DNA of 64,000 nucleotides from Lytechinus pictus. Its lineage: Eukaryota. The notes beneath the pieces were generated by a model. The model ran no database searches, had not been told where the DNA came from, and saw nothing but the letters and a program-made list of their open reading frames with translations. Numbering within the stretch: the stretch's first letter is position 1; each line of letters begins with the position of its first letter. Both the position numbers and the translations under genes were made by a program. This document shows positions 1-12,865 of the stretch, piece after piece. The stretch is from assembly GCF_037042905.1 (NCBI RefSeq), contig NC_087245.1:10604001-10668000 (forward strand), written 5' to 3'.

Positions 1-52
1 CATAAAGGGCGTTCTTGCACCAATGCTATGAAATGTACCTTGCTCCATTCTG

Positions 53-186
53 GGGCCTGTTGCAGAGTTGAATTCAACTAAACATTGGATCGCAAGTCCT
101 AAAGATGTGCTTCTGATTGGTTGAAAATCAAGATGTGATTGATGTTTGGGAGTTGTGTTTGATTGCATCTATTTCTGCAACAGGCC
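53..186. mobile_element. Degenerate Harbinger-type MITE
   Basis: GGCCTGTTGCAGA ... TCTGCAACAGGCC inverted ends. Confidence 0.55.
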
Positions 187-517
187 TGGACATGAGGTCA
201 TTGCTGAAAAAGATACTGTTCAAATTTAGTGGGATTTCTTAAGTAAAAAGAAACATTGCACTTTGAAAAATGATAATTGTATAAAGTAATAATTTTTATT
301 ATGCACAATATTACCACATGAATAATCTTTATACATTCCATACAATAAATACAAAATAGATCAGTCCTATATCAGACCAATATTCATGCCTTAATTCATA
401 ATATACAGATCTATTACACAAGACTTATCCAAACTATTCAAACCTAATATGAAATAAAACAAATATCTCCTGCACATAAATTAATATTTTAATTCCTGCA
501 CATAAATTAATATTTTT

Positions 518-556
518 GCCTCCGACGAAGATTCTGCTAGGATCGAAAGCTTAGGC
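518..556 (+). ncRNA. Variant minimal hammerhead-like motif (CCGACGA core)
   Basis: GCCU-CCGACGA-A-GAUUCU(GCU)AGGAUC-GAAA-GCUU-AGGC; same architecture as 51137-51174 with a U4-to-C core change. Confidence 0.55.
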
Positions 557-1729
557 CCCTTTTTGACTTTATAATAAATTAATATTGACGATATCAATCT
601 ACATCTTATGCTCCCTACAAGTACTTCTAAGTATGATTGACTTTTATATGATTGAACATATACTTCTTCATTTTTGAAAATATCATTAGCCCTACAAATT
701 ATCAATACAAGAAATCAATAAAAACGGTGCAATTTACACCATGTAATGTATCTGTGCGCTTTTCTTTGATTTCAACATCGAGATTTCTTGAATGGACTGA
801 GATCTAATACAAAATGTTAAACCGGATGCAGTAGTAGAGCACCCGCCGCTTGAACAGGTGGCGGGTTTGATGCAAGGCCGAGTGATACCAGACACAAAGG
901 ACCTTCTGCCTTCTTATCAGGTGCACGATATGTATAGAATGGAGAAGTAATAATAATGTTATGTTATGCAGGGCCCGCTGGGAGAACATATTAAGAGATT
1001 TAATTATACTTAGGTCGGTAGTAGGAAATACATAGGGCATTTGATCTTTTATTTTTCATTTTAACAAATATAATCTCAAACTATGGTATACATGCAAGTT
1101 CTGAATACAACATGATTAGACTGATTATGACTGTTTTATTTTTAAAGCCGTTAATTTATACAAATAAATGACAAATATCATACTTATGTTGCATTCTCTT
1201 CTTCAAACTTCTTATTCATTTTAATCTATTCTGTCCATCTATCAACAAGTTAAAAAAGGAGGATAAACTCGAGTTCTAATGACAGTTAATGCTTTGAACA
1301 TAGAATTGATTTTGAGGGTAAATAAATGCAAACATTTATTTGATAACTACAGGTACATGTTTATATGGCACTTAATACATTAGAACAATGTATCTAAATA
1401 TATTGGATATACCTTATTATCCCAAGAGGTGATTGTAAGTAATCAAATACAGACAAGCACTGTATCATACCTCTTAAAACTCAAACATATCATTCTCAAT
1501 ATGAATACACAGGAGAATGGTTGCATTTATCCATGTCAATAACATTCCTATTTTTCAACGTTTGTAAGTTCTGAAAACATTTACTTTGTGTATCTTGACA
1601 CTACAAATTCATTCATATTATCCTCATTACAATTAATGCACTTATCTGGTACTTAAATATTTTACCTTATTACCATATTTGATCACCACCTCCCATGATT
1701 TTCCACTTTGGGAGTGCTAAATCTGTACT

Positions 1730-1830
1730 TTAGAGCAATATCTGGTTCTTGAAGCTGGACGAGAGTTGTTTATCTGGTAGCAAAATTGCATTCAGCACCA
1801 CTACTTCTGGAGGAATGCTCACATTGGTAC
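1730..1830 (-). CDS. GMPPA: GMPPA terminal exon 11b, distal duplicate (TNVSIPPEVVVLNAILLPDKQLSSSFKNQILL*)
   Basis: TTTTTTTGTCTATGTCTAG acceptor; phase-1 compatible; 101 nt ending in TAA; 20/32 aa identical to exon 11a. Minus-strand AATAAA at 1335-1340 and 1135-1140. Confidence 0.88.
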
Positions 1831-2906
1831 CTAGACATAGACAAAAAAAGTTTATAAAGTATATTAGCTCTGGTATGCTGTATAAACAGAGAATTAATGA
1901 TATCATTCTGCATTTTTACATGGCAAATCATAAAACAGCAAAGGAGCTTATTCTTCTTTCTTTTCTGGAGAAAACAAATATTCTACAAGATTATTTGTAC
2001 ATTTTCTTAATTGACTCTGAAAAGAAACAACAATAAATGAAATAAGGTAACTTTTGCTAAGTTGGCAAAAAGATGAATTCAGATTGCATGCCAAATTTCA
2101 TGACATCAAAGAAAACATAGCATCATCATCATGTATCATCTAATGTTCATACACATTCAAGATCATTCAAATGATTTTATTGAAACTGACATACTGATAT
2201 TTACATCTCCACATAAAAAAATCACCAGAACATATCTATGCAAGCTATTAGAAGATTCTGATGAGTTCATGTACCTGACATCCTAAGTTTATCCAACAAT
2301 AATTTTGATTGGTTATAAAGCTTTGCAAGTGTCTAGTAAAGAATTTGGAGGTGTTTGAATGTAGTGTATGGGAATGTAGGCCATGTTATAATACATGTAC
2401 TAATGAACTTGGTCATGTCAAATCTCTTAGGCAAGAGAAATCAGTCTCACCAAACCAAAGTTTGACTCAGAGGCAGTAAATAACACATGTTTTTGCACAA
2501 TAAGTCCTGGAATTCTTGTAACTAAAAGAGAAAATTTACTTCTAAAGCAGAATGAACTGTACATACATGTATGCAAATTTGCATTGGGTTAAACTGTTTC
2601 TTTTTGGAGAACTAGTATACATACATCAGGATACAGCTGATTGTAATGAATCATGCAAAAAGTGAAAGCTGGTTTATGCATGCATGTGATAATGGGATAA
2701 TGTCCAATGAGGTTAACATCAAATATTTAAAAAATAGTGTTACCATAAATGAACACAGGAAAAGAATTTGAACATGTCAGTTGTGTAAGTAGAGTGGCTC
2801 AGAACAAAAAATAAAGTGTACAATAATGTACATAGTTTATTATATTAAAAGAAAAATGTTAAGGCAAGCAAAGAGGAATGGGATTTACTACAAAGATAAG
2901 CTGGGA

Positions 2907-3085
2907 TCAATGCAGGTGAGATGAATGGGTACCCGGTAGGAAGAAATTCCTTGAATGCTTTGAGCGCCTAGGCAGCCCAGCTAAAGCCGGGGTAATAATA
3001 ATAGCAGGGCCCGCTGGGAGAACAGTTTTCGGAACTGAAGCGGCTTCCCTGGGTAAATATACCTGTATTATTATTATTATTATAA
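2907..3085 (+). mobile_element. SINE 3' half with LINE(L2-like)-derived tail and (TAT)n end
   Basis: Core GGTGAGATGAATGGGTACCCGG; tail GCAGGGCCCGCTGGGAGAACAGTTTTCGGAACTGAAGCGGCTTCCCTGGGTAAATATACC followed by (TAT)n. The tail start recurs at 968-988. Confidence 0.6.
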
Positions 3086-4530
3086 TGCACCTTCGGGAGG
3101 TGCAGAAGAGATGCACAACATTTGACAATTATTAAAGACCTTACAATATGAAAAGGTACATACACAGAAGAATTTAACAATTTTACAAAAAATAACTTTC
3201 AACACAATGAACAATTCATTCAATTAGTGACATCAAACATAAAATGCTGGGGCCGCGAAAGCGGGGGGTGGGGGTGTTGGGATGGCTTTTGACAAAAGAT
3301 TTTCTGCGTTAAAGAAAGTGTCGTCGTGGTGATTGCGGTTTTTCCAAAACCGTGAACACAAATTATGATTGTGATTTTTTGCATGGTCAGCCCCCCTCCA
3401 CTTTGAAAACTGTTTCACAGCCCCTGAAATGACCAGGGGTGGATGATAATATTGGACACTGGTGTTGTACACAGAATAGTAAACTACAGTAATACCAATA
3501 TATCAATCTGATACTACAAAGGCTGATTTCATAACAATGTTCACAAAGTTACCCTGGACTAAATTATGAAGTGCTGAAATGTAAGCACAATTTTTTTCCT
3601 GACATGTAAACAGAATCAGTAAAGTTAAAGTAGTTTTAGTTAAGATTTATTTTTAAAAAATACACTTTGCCCTTGTAATTTAGTGTTTAGTTTAATAATG
3701 TTAAGCACCTTAATTAGGTATCTTATTCCTTTGAGAGTGATTTAAGATAAAGATTTTAAAGATTGGACAATATTAAAGCTCTTCTGCTGTTACATGTAAC
3801 TAAAACTGAAAAACAAAATCTGAGAACAAAAAAGTAATTCACTCATTTTATTAATACAAACTCTCAATGATGCATGCTTTGCCACATAATACAAAATTCA
3901 AGAAAAAAAGCACAACACAATAAAAAAGCAATAAAACAATATGCAAAAACAGCATTTTCTAACTAAAGCAAGCAAAGCAAGTCTTCCATTTTACTTGAAG
4001 AATTCTGATTATGAATACAGCATTACTATTAAAGTTTAAGCTACATGAATTTGGAGTATTATTAGATAGAATTTATATTCCTTTGAGAATTATTCAAAAA
4101 TACAGAAGAAAACAAAGAAAGCTACTGTGTCATCAGATTTTCCTAAATGTTTACATTCCATCATGCAGCATCACAATGTGGATTCTCTATCCTAGTCAGA
4201 TAAAGTAACAACCACAAATTGCTCTTCAAAGATGATTTTTGAGCATTGTGAATAGAGTTTGAAATTTTTAGTAGCGTTTCTGGACATGATAATTTTGTTC
4301 CCGACGCTCTGGCGCTTCAGGTAAGCTCCTCGTCGCAACTAAAAATCTAATTATACATTCAATAACATATAACAAATAAATTCATACTTCATCATAAAAA
4401 TAAAACAATAACTAAACAATGAAAACCTGGTGATATACGAGCTCAAAACCATAATAAAGACTATAATGACCGATACATCCAGATTGTAATAGTGCAGAGC
4501 TTTGACAGCATACCTACATGTAAATGTATG

Positions 4531-4631
4531 CTAGAGAAGGATCTGGTTTTTGATGCTGTATCCTAGCTCTTTATGAGGCAGGACTATGGAGTTGAGGATG
4601 ATAACCTCTGGTGGGATCACAACCTTTCCAC
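4531..4631 (-). CDS. GMPPA: GMPPA terminal exon 11a, proximal ([32 protein letters not shown])
   Basis: ATCTAG acceptor; phase-1 compatible; 101 nt ending in [14 protein letters not shown] motif. A minus-strand AATAAA lies downstream at 3847-3852. Confidence 0.93.
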
Positions 4632-4679
4632 CTAGATAATATCGGTAGTAGAGTGAGTAAGGTAAAAATAGCTACAAAG

Positions 4680-5252
4680 TATTATTAACCGTATCAGACA
4701 TCTGAGCAGGGCAACTTTGATACATTGTTGCCTGCTAAAGACTGGGAGCGAATGGCCGGTCAATAAATTTCCAATTGTTTATCTACGGGCCCAATTTATT
4801 GCCCGCTCAGAAAAGTCAATGAGAAAATGCGTGGAAATGCAGTGGGCAATAAAAGGCAGCGCTAACATCCGGGTATTCTACGCGTCCTTGAACCGCGCAG
4901 TGCTCACGTCACAATGTTCATCAAGTTGAGACAACGCTGGATACTGCGTCCCCAGGCCAGGGACGCGTCATTTCAATTACGTCACAATGGTTAAGTTCAG
5001 AGGCCCAGTCTGCTCAACGTGACAAAATAGATTCCCATTCTTAAACTCTAATAAATATCTAAATTTTCACGATTTTTGCTCTAGATGTCTGATTTGGTTA
5101 ATAATAGCAATATTGACTGGCCTGGGGGCGAAAGGACATATATCGCCCTCACTAAATTGATATCACCCTCGTCTACGACTCGGGCGATATAAATAGAGTT
5201 TGGGCGATATATGTCGTATCGCCCCGAGGCCAGTCAATATTGCTTTATTATC
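4680..5252. repeat. Double-inverted-repeat element, copy 1 (possibly Crypton-like non-autonomous)
   Basis: TATTATTAACCGTATCAGACATCT pairs with AGATGTCTGATTTGGTTAATAATA (~5083-5106); a second hairpin AATATTGACTGGCC...GGCCAGTCAATATT follows directly. Confidence 0.6.
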
Positions 5253-5590
5253 ATATCTTCTGAATGCATCAAGTCATTCAAGACATTGAGAGTAGTGGTA
5301 ATAATAATATCGACTTTTATATCCCTTCTATAAATATCCATGAGTATTTTAAATAAATAATTGGACATTTGGTACTTTTGTGATCCAAGATAAGTTTAAT
5401 ATATTCTATAGCATGCTCAGCTTTGCCCCCCAAAAAAACTATTTAGTGCTCTCGCCGAGCCTCAGGCACATCAAACAGCGGGTTGTTTCATGGACAGCCC
5501 TTGCAATGTAGCTGCGCAGAAAATGATCAGATTTTGCGTAGGACAAAATTACCAAGGTTTATGGTTCAAACTTAAAGGGATATAAAAAAA

Positions 5591-6160
5591 ATTATTAACC
5601 GTATCAGACATCTAAGCTGGTCATTTACAAAACCGTATTGCCCTAGATTTTCTGAATATCGGGAAGGACTAGGTATATTACCAGGGGTATTTGTATTTTG
5701 CTCGGTCTCTGTGCGCGTATTGACATTGCATGCAGAGACGACGCAAAATATACCTTTGTATTTTCCCTGGTCTCACATCCGGGTGGGTAGAAAGAGATAC
5801 GCGTAACGCGTCATATTGATCTGCGCAGCACAATACACGTCATAATGACAATCAAGATTAACAAACGCTGGATACTTCGACATTTCAAATACATCACAAT
5901 GGTAAAGCTTAGAGGCACAGCCTGCTCAACATGAAAAAATAGAATCACATTCTTACAGGGTAAAATATCTAAATTTTCATGATTCTGCTCTAGATGTCTG
6001 ATATGGATAATCATAAAAATATTGACTGGCTCTTCTTTCGGGAAACATCAAATATATTGCCCTTAAAAAGAGCCATATTGCCCTTGTCTAAAGACTCAGG
6101 CCAATATGATTCTATTGCGAGCAATATATTTGGTGTTCCCCTCAAGGCCAGTCAATATTA
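5591..6160. repeat. Double-inverted-repeat element, copy 2
   Basis: Same 5' motif, the AACGCTGGATACT block and the same terminal hairpin as 4680-5252; the middle has diverged. Confidence 0.6.
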
Positions 6161-7546
6161 TACAATTATACCCAGTGTTTCTTTTGATAATATTAGTAGC
6201 AATATTCACATATAAAATAGTACTTGCAAAACCAACCACAGATGAATAATTCCTTACTGTACTTTCTCAAAGCATAGTATATTTACATAGCACTGTCTTT
6301 CTAAAACTATTTTATTTTGCGGCACATGAGTAAAAATAACAAATGAGAATGTGGATTGGTGCACAAGACTGGAATTGTTAGAAATACAAGAATGAGATAT
6401 TGAAATCTCATATAACGGCATACCAATTCACTGGTAAATTACTTCCAATGAAGGTAATACATCTAAAATACTTCTTTGTCATGGAGAGGCAATATGTTCT
6501 ACTGAGGAGGACACAAGAAGCAGCATTTTGAAACTTGAAAAATATTTGAAAGTATAATGATTTAGTCCCTTTCGAATTTATTTCACAAATTCTTAGCTAC
6601 AGCATTATAAAGCAGACTACAGAATAAATCAACAATTATGATACAGGAATGGCGGTACTGTAGAAAAAAAAGAATTAATCAAAAGAAAATTAGATAGAAA
6701 CAATTTATTATATTATGAGAAAGAGAAAAGATTTTAGTATGTATTATATCAACTTGTTAAAACTTTCACTGAAAAATATGAGGATTCTAATAGGCCTACA
6801 CAATCAAAATGTACATATTGGTTGAGCTTTGAAACCAATGTGAGTATGAAGTGAATTATTAATCACACACAATGTGATAAAAACATACAGGAAAAGTATT
6901 CTATTTACCATAATAGGTATTCAATTTTTAAGGATTAAGATTTATTGAAAAATTGATATGATTTTTAGAATAAGACAAATCAAAACTTATAGGACGAATT
7001 AGCAGTCATTTACATTGTAGCAACAAAAAAAAAATCTTGAATAAATACATCATGCAATGACTTGCATGGCCCTATAATGAAATTACCTATAAAGCCCAAA
7101 AATGTATGCACATTTTATTCCTTGCCAGGAACATGATACGAATGATGATCGTAATACATGTATATGCAGGGTAAAATGAGCCATTTTCTTCATGAAAGTA
7201 TGCTGCATTAGCAAAATGGATTGACCTCTTGAAATGATTATCACTTTTCATGCACTTACAATGAAATGAAGTAAGAAAAATGGGTAATGTTTAATAATTA
7301 AATAGAGTTCTTTATTTGAACTAATTTGAACTTCCATGCATTTACAATACAAAGATTTTTTTTAATGAAATGCTTGCAATTGTGATTAAACCCACAATTT
7401 GATGGAACCTTGATAAATGAAACACAAAAAAGCTAATGAAAATAATATACATGTATAAGATGATTTCGAATCTTACCATGTGTTTATAGCAATTAGATGT
7501 ACTATGGACATTGGAGGGGCATAAAAATATGAACACTTAATCTTAC

Positions 7547-7718
7547 CCAAGATAGTAATAGATGGGTTGAGTCTTCCTTCTCCATTGAAGAGTGTACCAC
7601 TATCAATCTTGGCATGGTCTAAGTTGGGGTTAGGGTCATTGGGTGTACCCTCAACTCTTGACCACGCCCCAACCATGCTGTTCCATCCAATGATACTATG
7701 CAGGATGCAGCAGTGATC
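7547..7718 (-). CDS. GMPPA: GMPPA coding exon 10 ([32 protein letters not shown]...PSITIL/G)
   Basis: GATTAG acceptor, G|GTAAGA donor; 172 nt; contains the GMPPA-type [10 protein letters not shown] insertion. Confidence 0.95.
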
Positions 7719-8362
7719 CTAATCATATAACAAATAAGATACACATGATGATCTCATATCTTAAATTAAGTCCACTTAATAAATTCAAACTTTCCTTGTA
7801 GTGCATAGACATCACGTATAATGGTTTAGTGGTTTCATAAAGCCTCCAGAATTGGACAGGGCCATTTTGACAACTAAAAAGTGACAAAGTAGGCGGGGGG
7901 GGGGGGGGGTGTTGACTCAGTCTACCCAGTGATTTAATCTACCCAGACCTTGGTAATTCAATACCTAAAATCAATCAAGTTGGTACACATACAGCCTCCA
8001 TGTATCTACAATCTATGAGAATGCCTTGACATAGCTATATTGTTTAAAATCTTTCATAATTTATACACTCATGCATATACAGTGTATGCAAATTTCATGA
8101 AATTCTATTGCTTCTCATTTTCTTTCTTATTCTAAACATCAATTTCATCGCACTGCTATGTTGGATGTTCTTGAATACTGACCACTTATTAGATTTCAAG
8201 CAAATTTGAAAACCATAAAAATTTGTAAAGTGGTGCCAGAGAATATGAAAATAAACGGTATTTGTGACTTCCTTTCTTTAACAACAAACATACTGATTCA
8301 GTGTGTGTAGTAGATTCATACCAAATATCGGTTTTGATCTTAACTGCTTTGATTTGACTCAC

Positions 8363-8455
8363 TTGTAGTGTAGCACCTTCTAGAACAATAGATTCTCTGA
8401 CTCTGACCCCAGCTCCAATCGTTGCATTAGCTCCTATTGTTACGTTTGGACCAAG
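8363..8455 (-). CDS. GMPPA: GMPPA coding exon 9 ([31 protein letters not shown])
   Basis: TTTTAG acceptor, CAA|GTGAGT donor; 93 nt; hexapeptide repeats. Confidence 0.95.
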
Positions 8456-8898
8456 CTAAAAAAATACAAATGTAACAGAAAAATATGCAATAATAATTCA
8501 TAAATTCCAATCATATTACCATATAATATTGACTATATTAGAGTATATGTAAGTTAAGTTCTATTTCCCAATTATTCATAAATTTATATACATGTATAAA
8601 AAGCAAAATAAAAAAATAAATAACAAAGAGAAGAAAAAGAGAAGATAAATGAAAGAGCACCAAGAACAAAAAAAATGAACAAGGAGGAGGAGGAGGAAAA
8701 GGACGGACACACGGAAAAAAAGAGGAGGAACAACCATAACCCTGACCCCTGGTGCCTCAGAAATATTAATTGAATCAAAAGCACATTCAAAAGTGTTGAT
8801 CATAATTTTTATTGAGGAGAACATAGAAGATGGTGTATCAGATTAAAATATACCCCACAATAGCAGAAAATCTAACAGAAGAAGAGAAATAACCTTAC

Positions 8899-9046
8899 TG
8901 TAGCTGTTGGATCAACGGTAGCAGTAGGATGTATGTAGACATCTCCTCTAATCGATGGCCCTCTTTCTGATTTAGGATTAGATAATCTATCTGGATGTGT
9001 TTCATGGTACAGACTAAGATATAACCTGTTAGCATAGATTGCTGAC
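8899..9046 (-). CDS. GMPPA: GMPPA coding exon 8 ([13 protein letters not shown]...[16 protein letters not shown])
   Basis: Lies within ORF 8872..9072; CTATAG acceptor, ACA|GTAAGG donor; 148 nt; start of the left-handed beta-helix. Confidence 0.95.
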
Positions 9047-9791
9047 CTATAGCATAAAAGATAAGAATACAATGGTACATAGGCGCAGTGAGTTAGACCA
9101 ACGTCAAAACCAGTGATCTAGCTGTGGCAAGCCAATGTCAAATAATCTGTAACAATGAATATGGAATTTATCAGCATTTTCAGTACTGTATATGTGTTTA
9201 AACATGAGTTCAATAATAATACTTAATTTAATTTTGACTTGCCTTTTAAAGTGATACTAGTAAAACTTGCATTGTGTGATTTTTCATTTTAAAAATGATT
9301 CAAGTGGTATTGGTCAGAATTAGTTAGTCAGAATGGCAATTTTTTGTAAGTGTTTTTTAAAGAGAATACTTTTGAATACACTATAAAAATAGCTGTACAT
9401 AAAAATGGATGTACCAACAAAAGAAAAGATTGTTTTGATAGTGTAAATTCAACCTATTTTTTTCTTTATTACATTGAAATGTGTTCTTCCTGAAAACCAA
9501 AATATTCCCTTATTTTGAATTCAGATCAATTAAAAACTGGATAAACTCTTGTGTTAATACTTGATACTCTATATTCATGAACAGGATATGCCTACATAGT
9601 GTGTTCAACTTTGGAGCTAATTCGATTATCCCTTCTAGGATAGCTTTAAAGACTTTTAATCCTCTCTTTTCACCTTCACCCAATAGTGGGAGGGTAAATA
9701 AAGGCATGTCAATAGACTGGTAAACTTTAATCCCTTATTTCTAAAAAGTAGGATTCTATGGTGGAAAAAGAAAACATTCCTATCTATTTGA

Positions 9792-10396
9792 AAGACAAGT
9801 CCACCCCCAACACAAAGTTGACTTGAATAAAAAGAGAAAAATCCAACTAGCATAACACTGAAAATTTCATCTAAATCGGATGTGAAATAAGAAAGTTATG
9901 ACATTTGTAAGTTTCGCTTAATTTCACAAAACAGTTACATTCACATCCCGGTTGGTATGCAAATGAAGGGACTGATGATATCACTCACTCACTATTTCTT
10001 TTCTATTTTATTATATGAAATATGAAATATTACAATTTTCTCCCTGTTGTCCTATGAAACAAAGTTTCATTCCTCCCTGAACATGTGGTATTACCATTGT
10101 TTTAACATTTTATGGTTCAGTTGAGTTGGTCCTTATTGTCAAGTCTGTAAAAATTGAAATATTGTATAATTCAAACAGTAAAAAGCAAAAGAAATAGTGA
10201 GTGAGTGACATCATCGACTCTCTCATTTCCATGTCACTGAGTTGTGCATATAACTGTTTTGTGAAAAATAAGCGAAACTTTAAATTGTCGTAACTTTCTT
10301 ATTTTACGTCCGATTTTGATGAAATTTTCAGCGTTATGCTTGTTTGACTTTTCTCTATTGATTAAAATTAATATTTTTCTGGGTTGAACCTGACCT
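9792..10396. mobile_element. Kolobok-type MITE, family A copy (opposite orientation)
   Basis: GACAAGTCCACCCC ... GGGTTGAACCTGACCT; shares CACTCACTATTTCTTTT and AAGTTTCGCTT blocks with the other copies. Confidence 0.8.
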
Positions 10397-10628
10397 TATA
10401 TAAGGGTTAGGATTTTCCAATATTCTGTAGGCAAGTTATATATCGTTTTAAACCTGAGATCTCCTTTTTCCTGGTGACTGGTTTGCCATGCCTGGTTACC
10501 TATTTGACTTCAGATTCAGTAAACTACGATGCATCATATCATTTTCAAAATATAATTGCAGTAGTCTCCCTGGCCACAACAAACAAATCATGTATCATTT
10601 AGAGATCTCAATTAAATTTGTTTCTTAC

Positions 10629-10757
10629 CCTGCAGATTTAATTTGGCTCCAGAAGTTATTTGTCTTGAATGTGAAGAGTTTTCCTGTGCTTGCTAGCGGT
10701 GCTAAGATGTCTTGTTCAAGGCGTATCGTGTCCTTTGATGGGAATAATGGGTCTCCA
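10629..10757 (-). CDS. GMPPA: GMPPA coding exon 7 (GDPLFPSKDTIRLEQDIL...FWSQIKSA/G)
   Basis: TAACAG acceptor, GG|GTAAGA donor; 129 nt; IRLEQD and WSQIKSAG motifs. Confidence 0.95.
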
Positions 10758-11563
10758 CTGTTAACGAAAGACAAAGAAATTAAAGAACCATAATCAAAGC
10801 AGGTATGGGTAACATATTTTCGAAGAAATATTCTTTATGGCATTGGGAGCAATTGTAAAACAAATATTGCTGATAGTAAAATATATTGATGCTTGGTACA
10901 AATATACATAATTCTTGTGTGAAAAGAATTTTTTCACAAAATCCATTCACCAATCAGAAAAAATATTTTCAGGACATCAAAGAAAAGCATTAAAAAAAAA
11001 TAACTTGAGAATGAGAGCTGGAGTAAGAACAATCTCAAGATGAATTCCACCCAAATATGAGATGAAGTTCACTCAAAAGATCAAACAAGTGACTCATCTT
11101 ATATGTCATCAAAACTTAGGGTTAAATCAGGTTTTTACTCATACACTTTAGAAATCAATCAATTTGAAATATAGAAATTACCATTTAAATGAGATTCTAA
11201 ATTGTATATCATGTCATGAATCAAAGAGCCAAGAAATTGATTTTAGACTCTACATTGGATGTACATTTTGCATAGAAAACAAGTTTTGTAGGTAAAACTT
11301 TACGCCCACAACAAGGTATGTATAGAATTTGCACTTAAAATTAAATTTTTGAGCATTCATTCACCTAACTTGCAAGCATAAATTGATGTATTACTTTAGA
11401 ACAAAGAACCTGGATGTCACAGATTCAAACTTTAAAGATGCACACGATTTATTCTTAAAATTTTCTTTACACTAGTCTAGACAACCACGCTGAGATGTCT
11501 GTTTTCTTTTTCCCAAAATGTGGTAGGTATGCTATCTCATTATTGGAACTAAGATGAACCTAC

Positions 11564-11694
11564 TTGAGTACTTCATCCTGGTTTTGCTGGAAAGCTTTTC
11601 CAATATGCTGAAAGATCTCTGGAGGAAAGACGTATAGTCCACAATTGATCACAGTGCTAACAAACGTCTGGGGCTTCTCCACATAATGCATGAC
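11564..11694 (-). CDS. GMPPA: GMPPA coding exon 6 (VMHYVEKPQTFVSTVINCGLYVF...DEVL/N)
   Basis: TTCTAG acceptor, AA|GTAGGT donor; 131 nt; conserved EKP and INCGxY motifs. Confidence 0.95.
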
Positions 11695-12243
11695 CTAGAA
11701 AAACATGGAAAGGAATATGTGATCCTTAGAATAAGAATCATTTACATAAATGTATCACTTTATAAAACTTAGTACAGATCCGCTATAATTGATATTTATA
11801 TTGTTCATTATTAGACTTGGGCAATAAGCGCTCTGATTCAATCCCGTAATGGGATAATCACATACCGGTAAATAAAGTTCAAACACACAAGAGATTACTG
11901 TTTATTCCACATTCACTGGTGCCTCTTGCATGTCTCTTGGACATAGAACAGATTAGAAACTTAAGGAATGCAAGTCGAATCATATACATGTACTCTTTTC
12001 ACAGCTGACATTGAAATCAAAATCTATACCACAAGGCCACACAAACCATAAAGGAAAGAAAATAAACAAATAATTTTGAGGGCTGTCTTAATTAAAATAA
12101 TAAGATTTGTAATGTAATCTGACAAAGGGTCTAAAAAATATTATTGAATCTTACAGAATATTAGCACTAAAATCCATTATAAATCTAAGATCTAGTCTAC
12201 AATTGTGAAGTAAATGTTGGATAATGGAAATACTTTCACAAAC

Positions 12244-12303
12244 CTCATGTGTATTCTCATTCTCCACCAAACATCCATATGAAAGACTTTGATCCCTTGT
12301 TGC
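12244..12303 (-). CDS. GMPPA: GMPPA coding exon 5 (ATRDQSLSYGCLVENENTHE)
   Basis: CCATAG acceptor, GAG|GTTTGT donor; 60 nt. Confidence 0.92.
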
Positions 12304-12672
12304 CTATGGAGAAAAAGAAAAGAAAAAAAAAGTCCATGAAACTGAACTTCTAACACTGAAATGGCTTTCAAACAGACAATGATCGAATACAAATCTAGAC
12401 CTGTCAACCATGAAAGATATGAAATTGGGAAAAAACATGCAAGGTTTGGGGAGGGCATATGAGAGAATGCCCTTGTAAAAATATACTCATTTTTCATTGC
12501 ACCCCCTTCGAACTTTACGCCATCACCTCTTGGAATAATCATGTCCCAATAGCAGTTGGCAGGTACAGTATGCTTACATCCGAAAGGGGGAGATTATCCA
12601 ACTGGTTGAATACTTTCAAATAGTGTACATTTGACATACAAATTTGAGCGTCTATCGTCTTCATAAACTTAC

Positions 12673-12865
12673 CTCGGTTGACAGCATTGTATAGTGAACA
12701 TCTTGTGACACCTTTTCATGGAAGTCCCACAGGTCAGCCAGAGGGAACTTGCAGCACACGTCACCATTGAAGACTAAGAACCCTTTGGGCTGTCCACTCA
12801 GTATCTGGTCTCTAAAATGGTAGAGCCCTCCTGCAGTTCCGAGAGCTGTATACTCCTGAAGGTAT
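12673..12865 (-). CDS. GMPPA: GMPPA coding exon 4 (YLQEYTALGTAGGLYHFRDQIL...YTMLSTE)
   Basis: Lies within ORF 12661..12876; ATCAG acceptor, GAG|GTAAGT donor; 193 nt; LGTAGGL motif. Confidence 0.96.

Noticed and set aside
1749..2036. Plus-strand 95-aa ORF (likewise 10488..10793)
   Set aside because: Antisense to GMPPA exons; no independent coding evidence.
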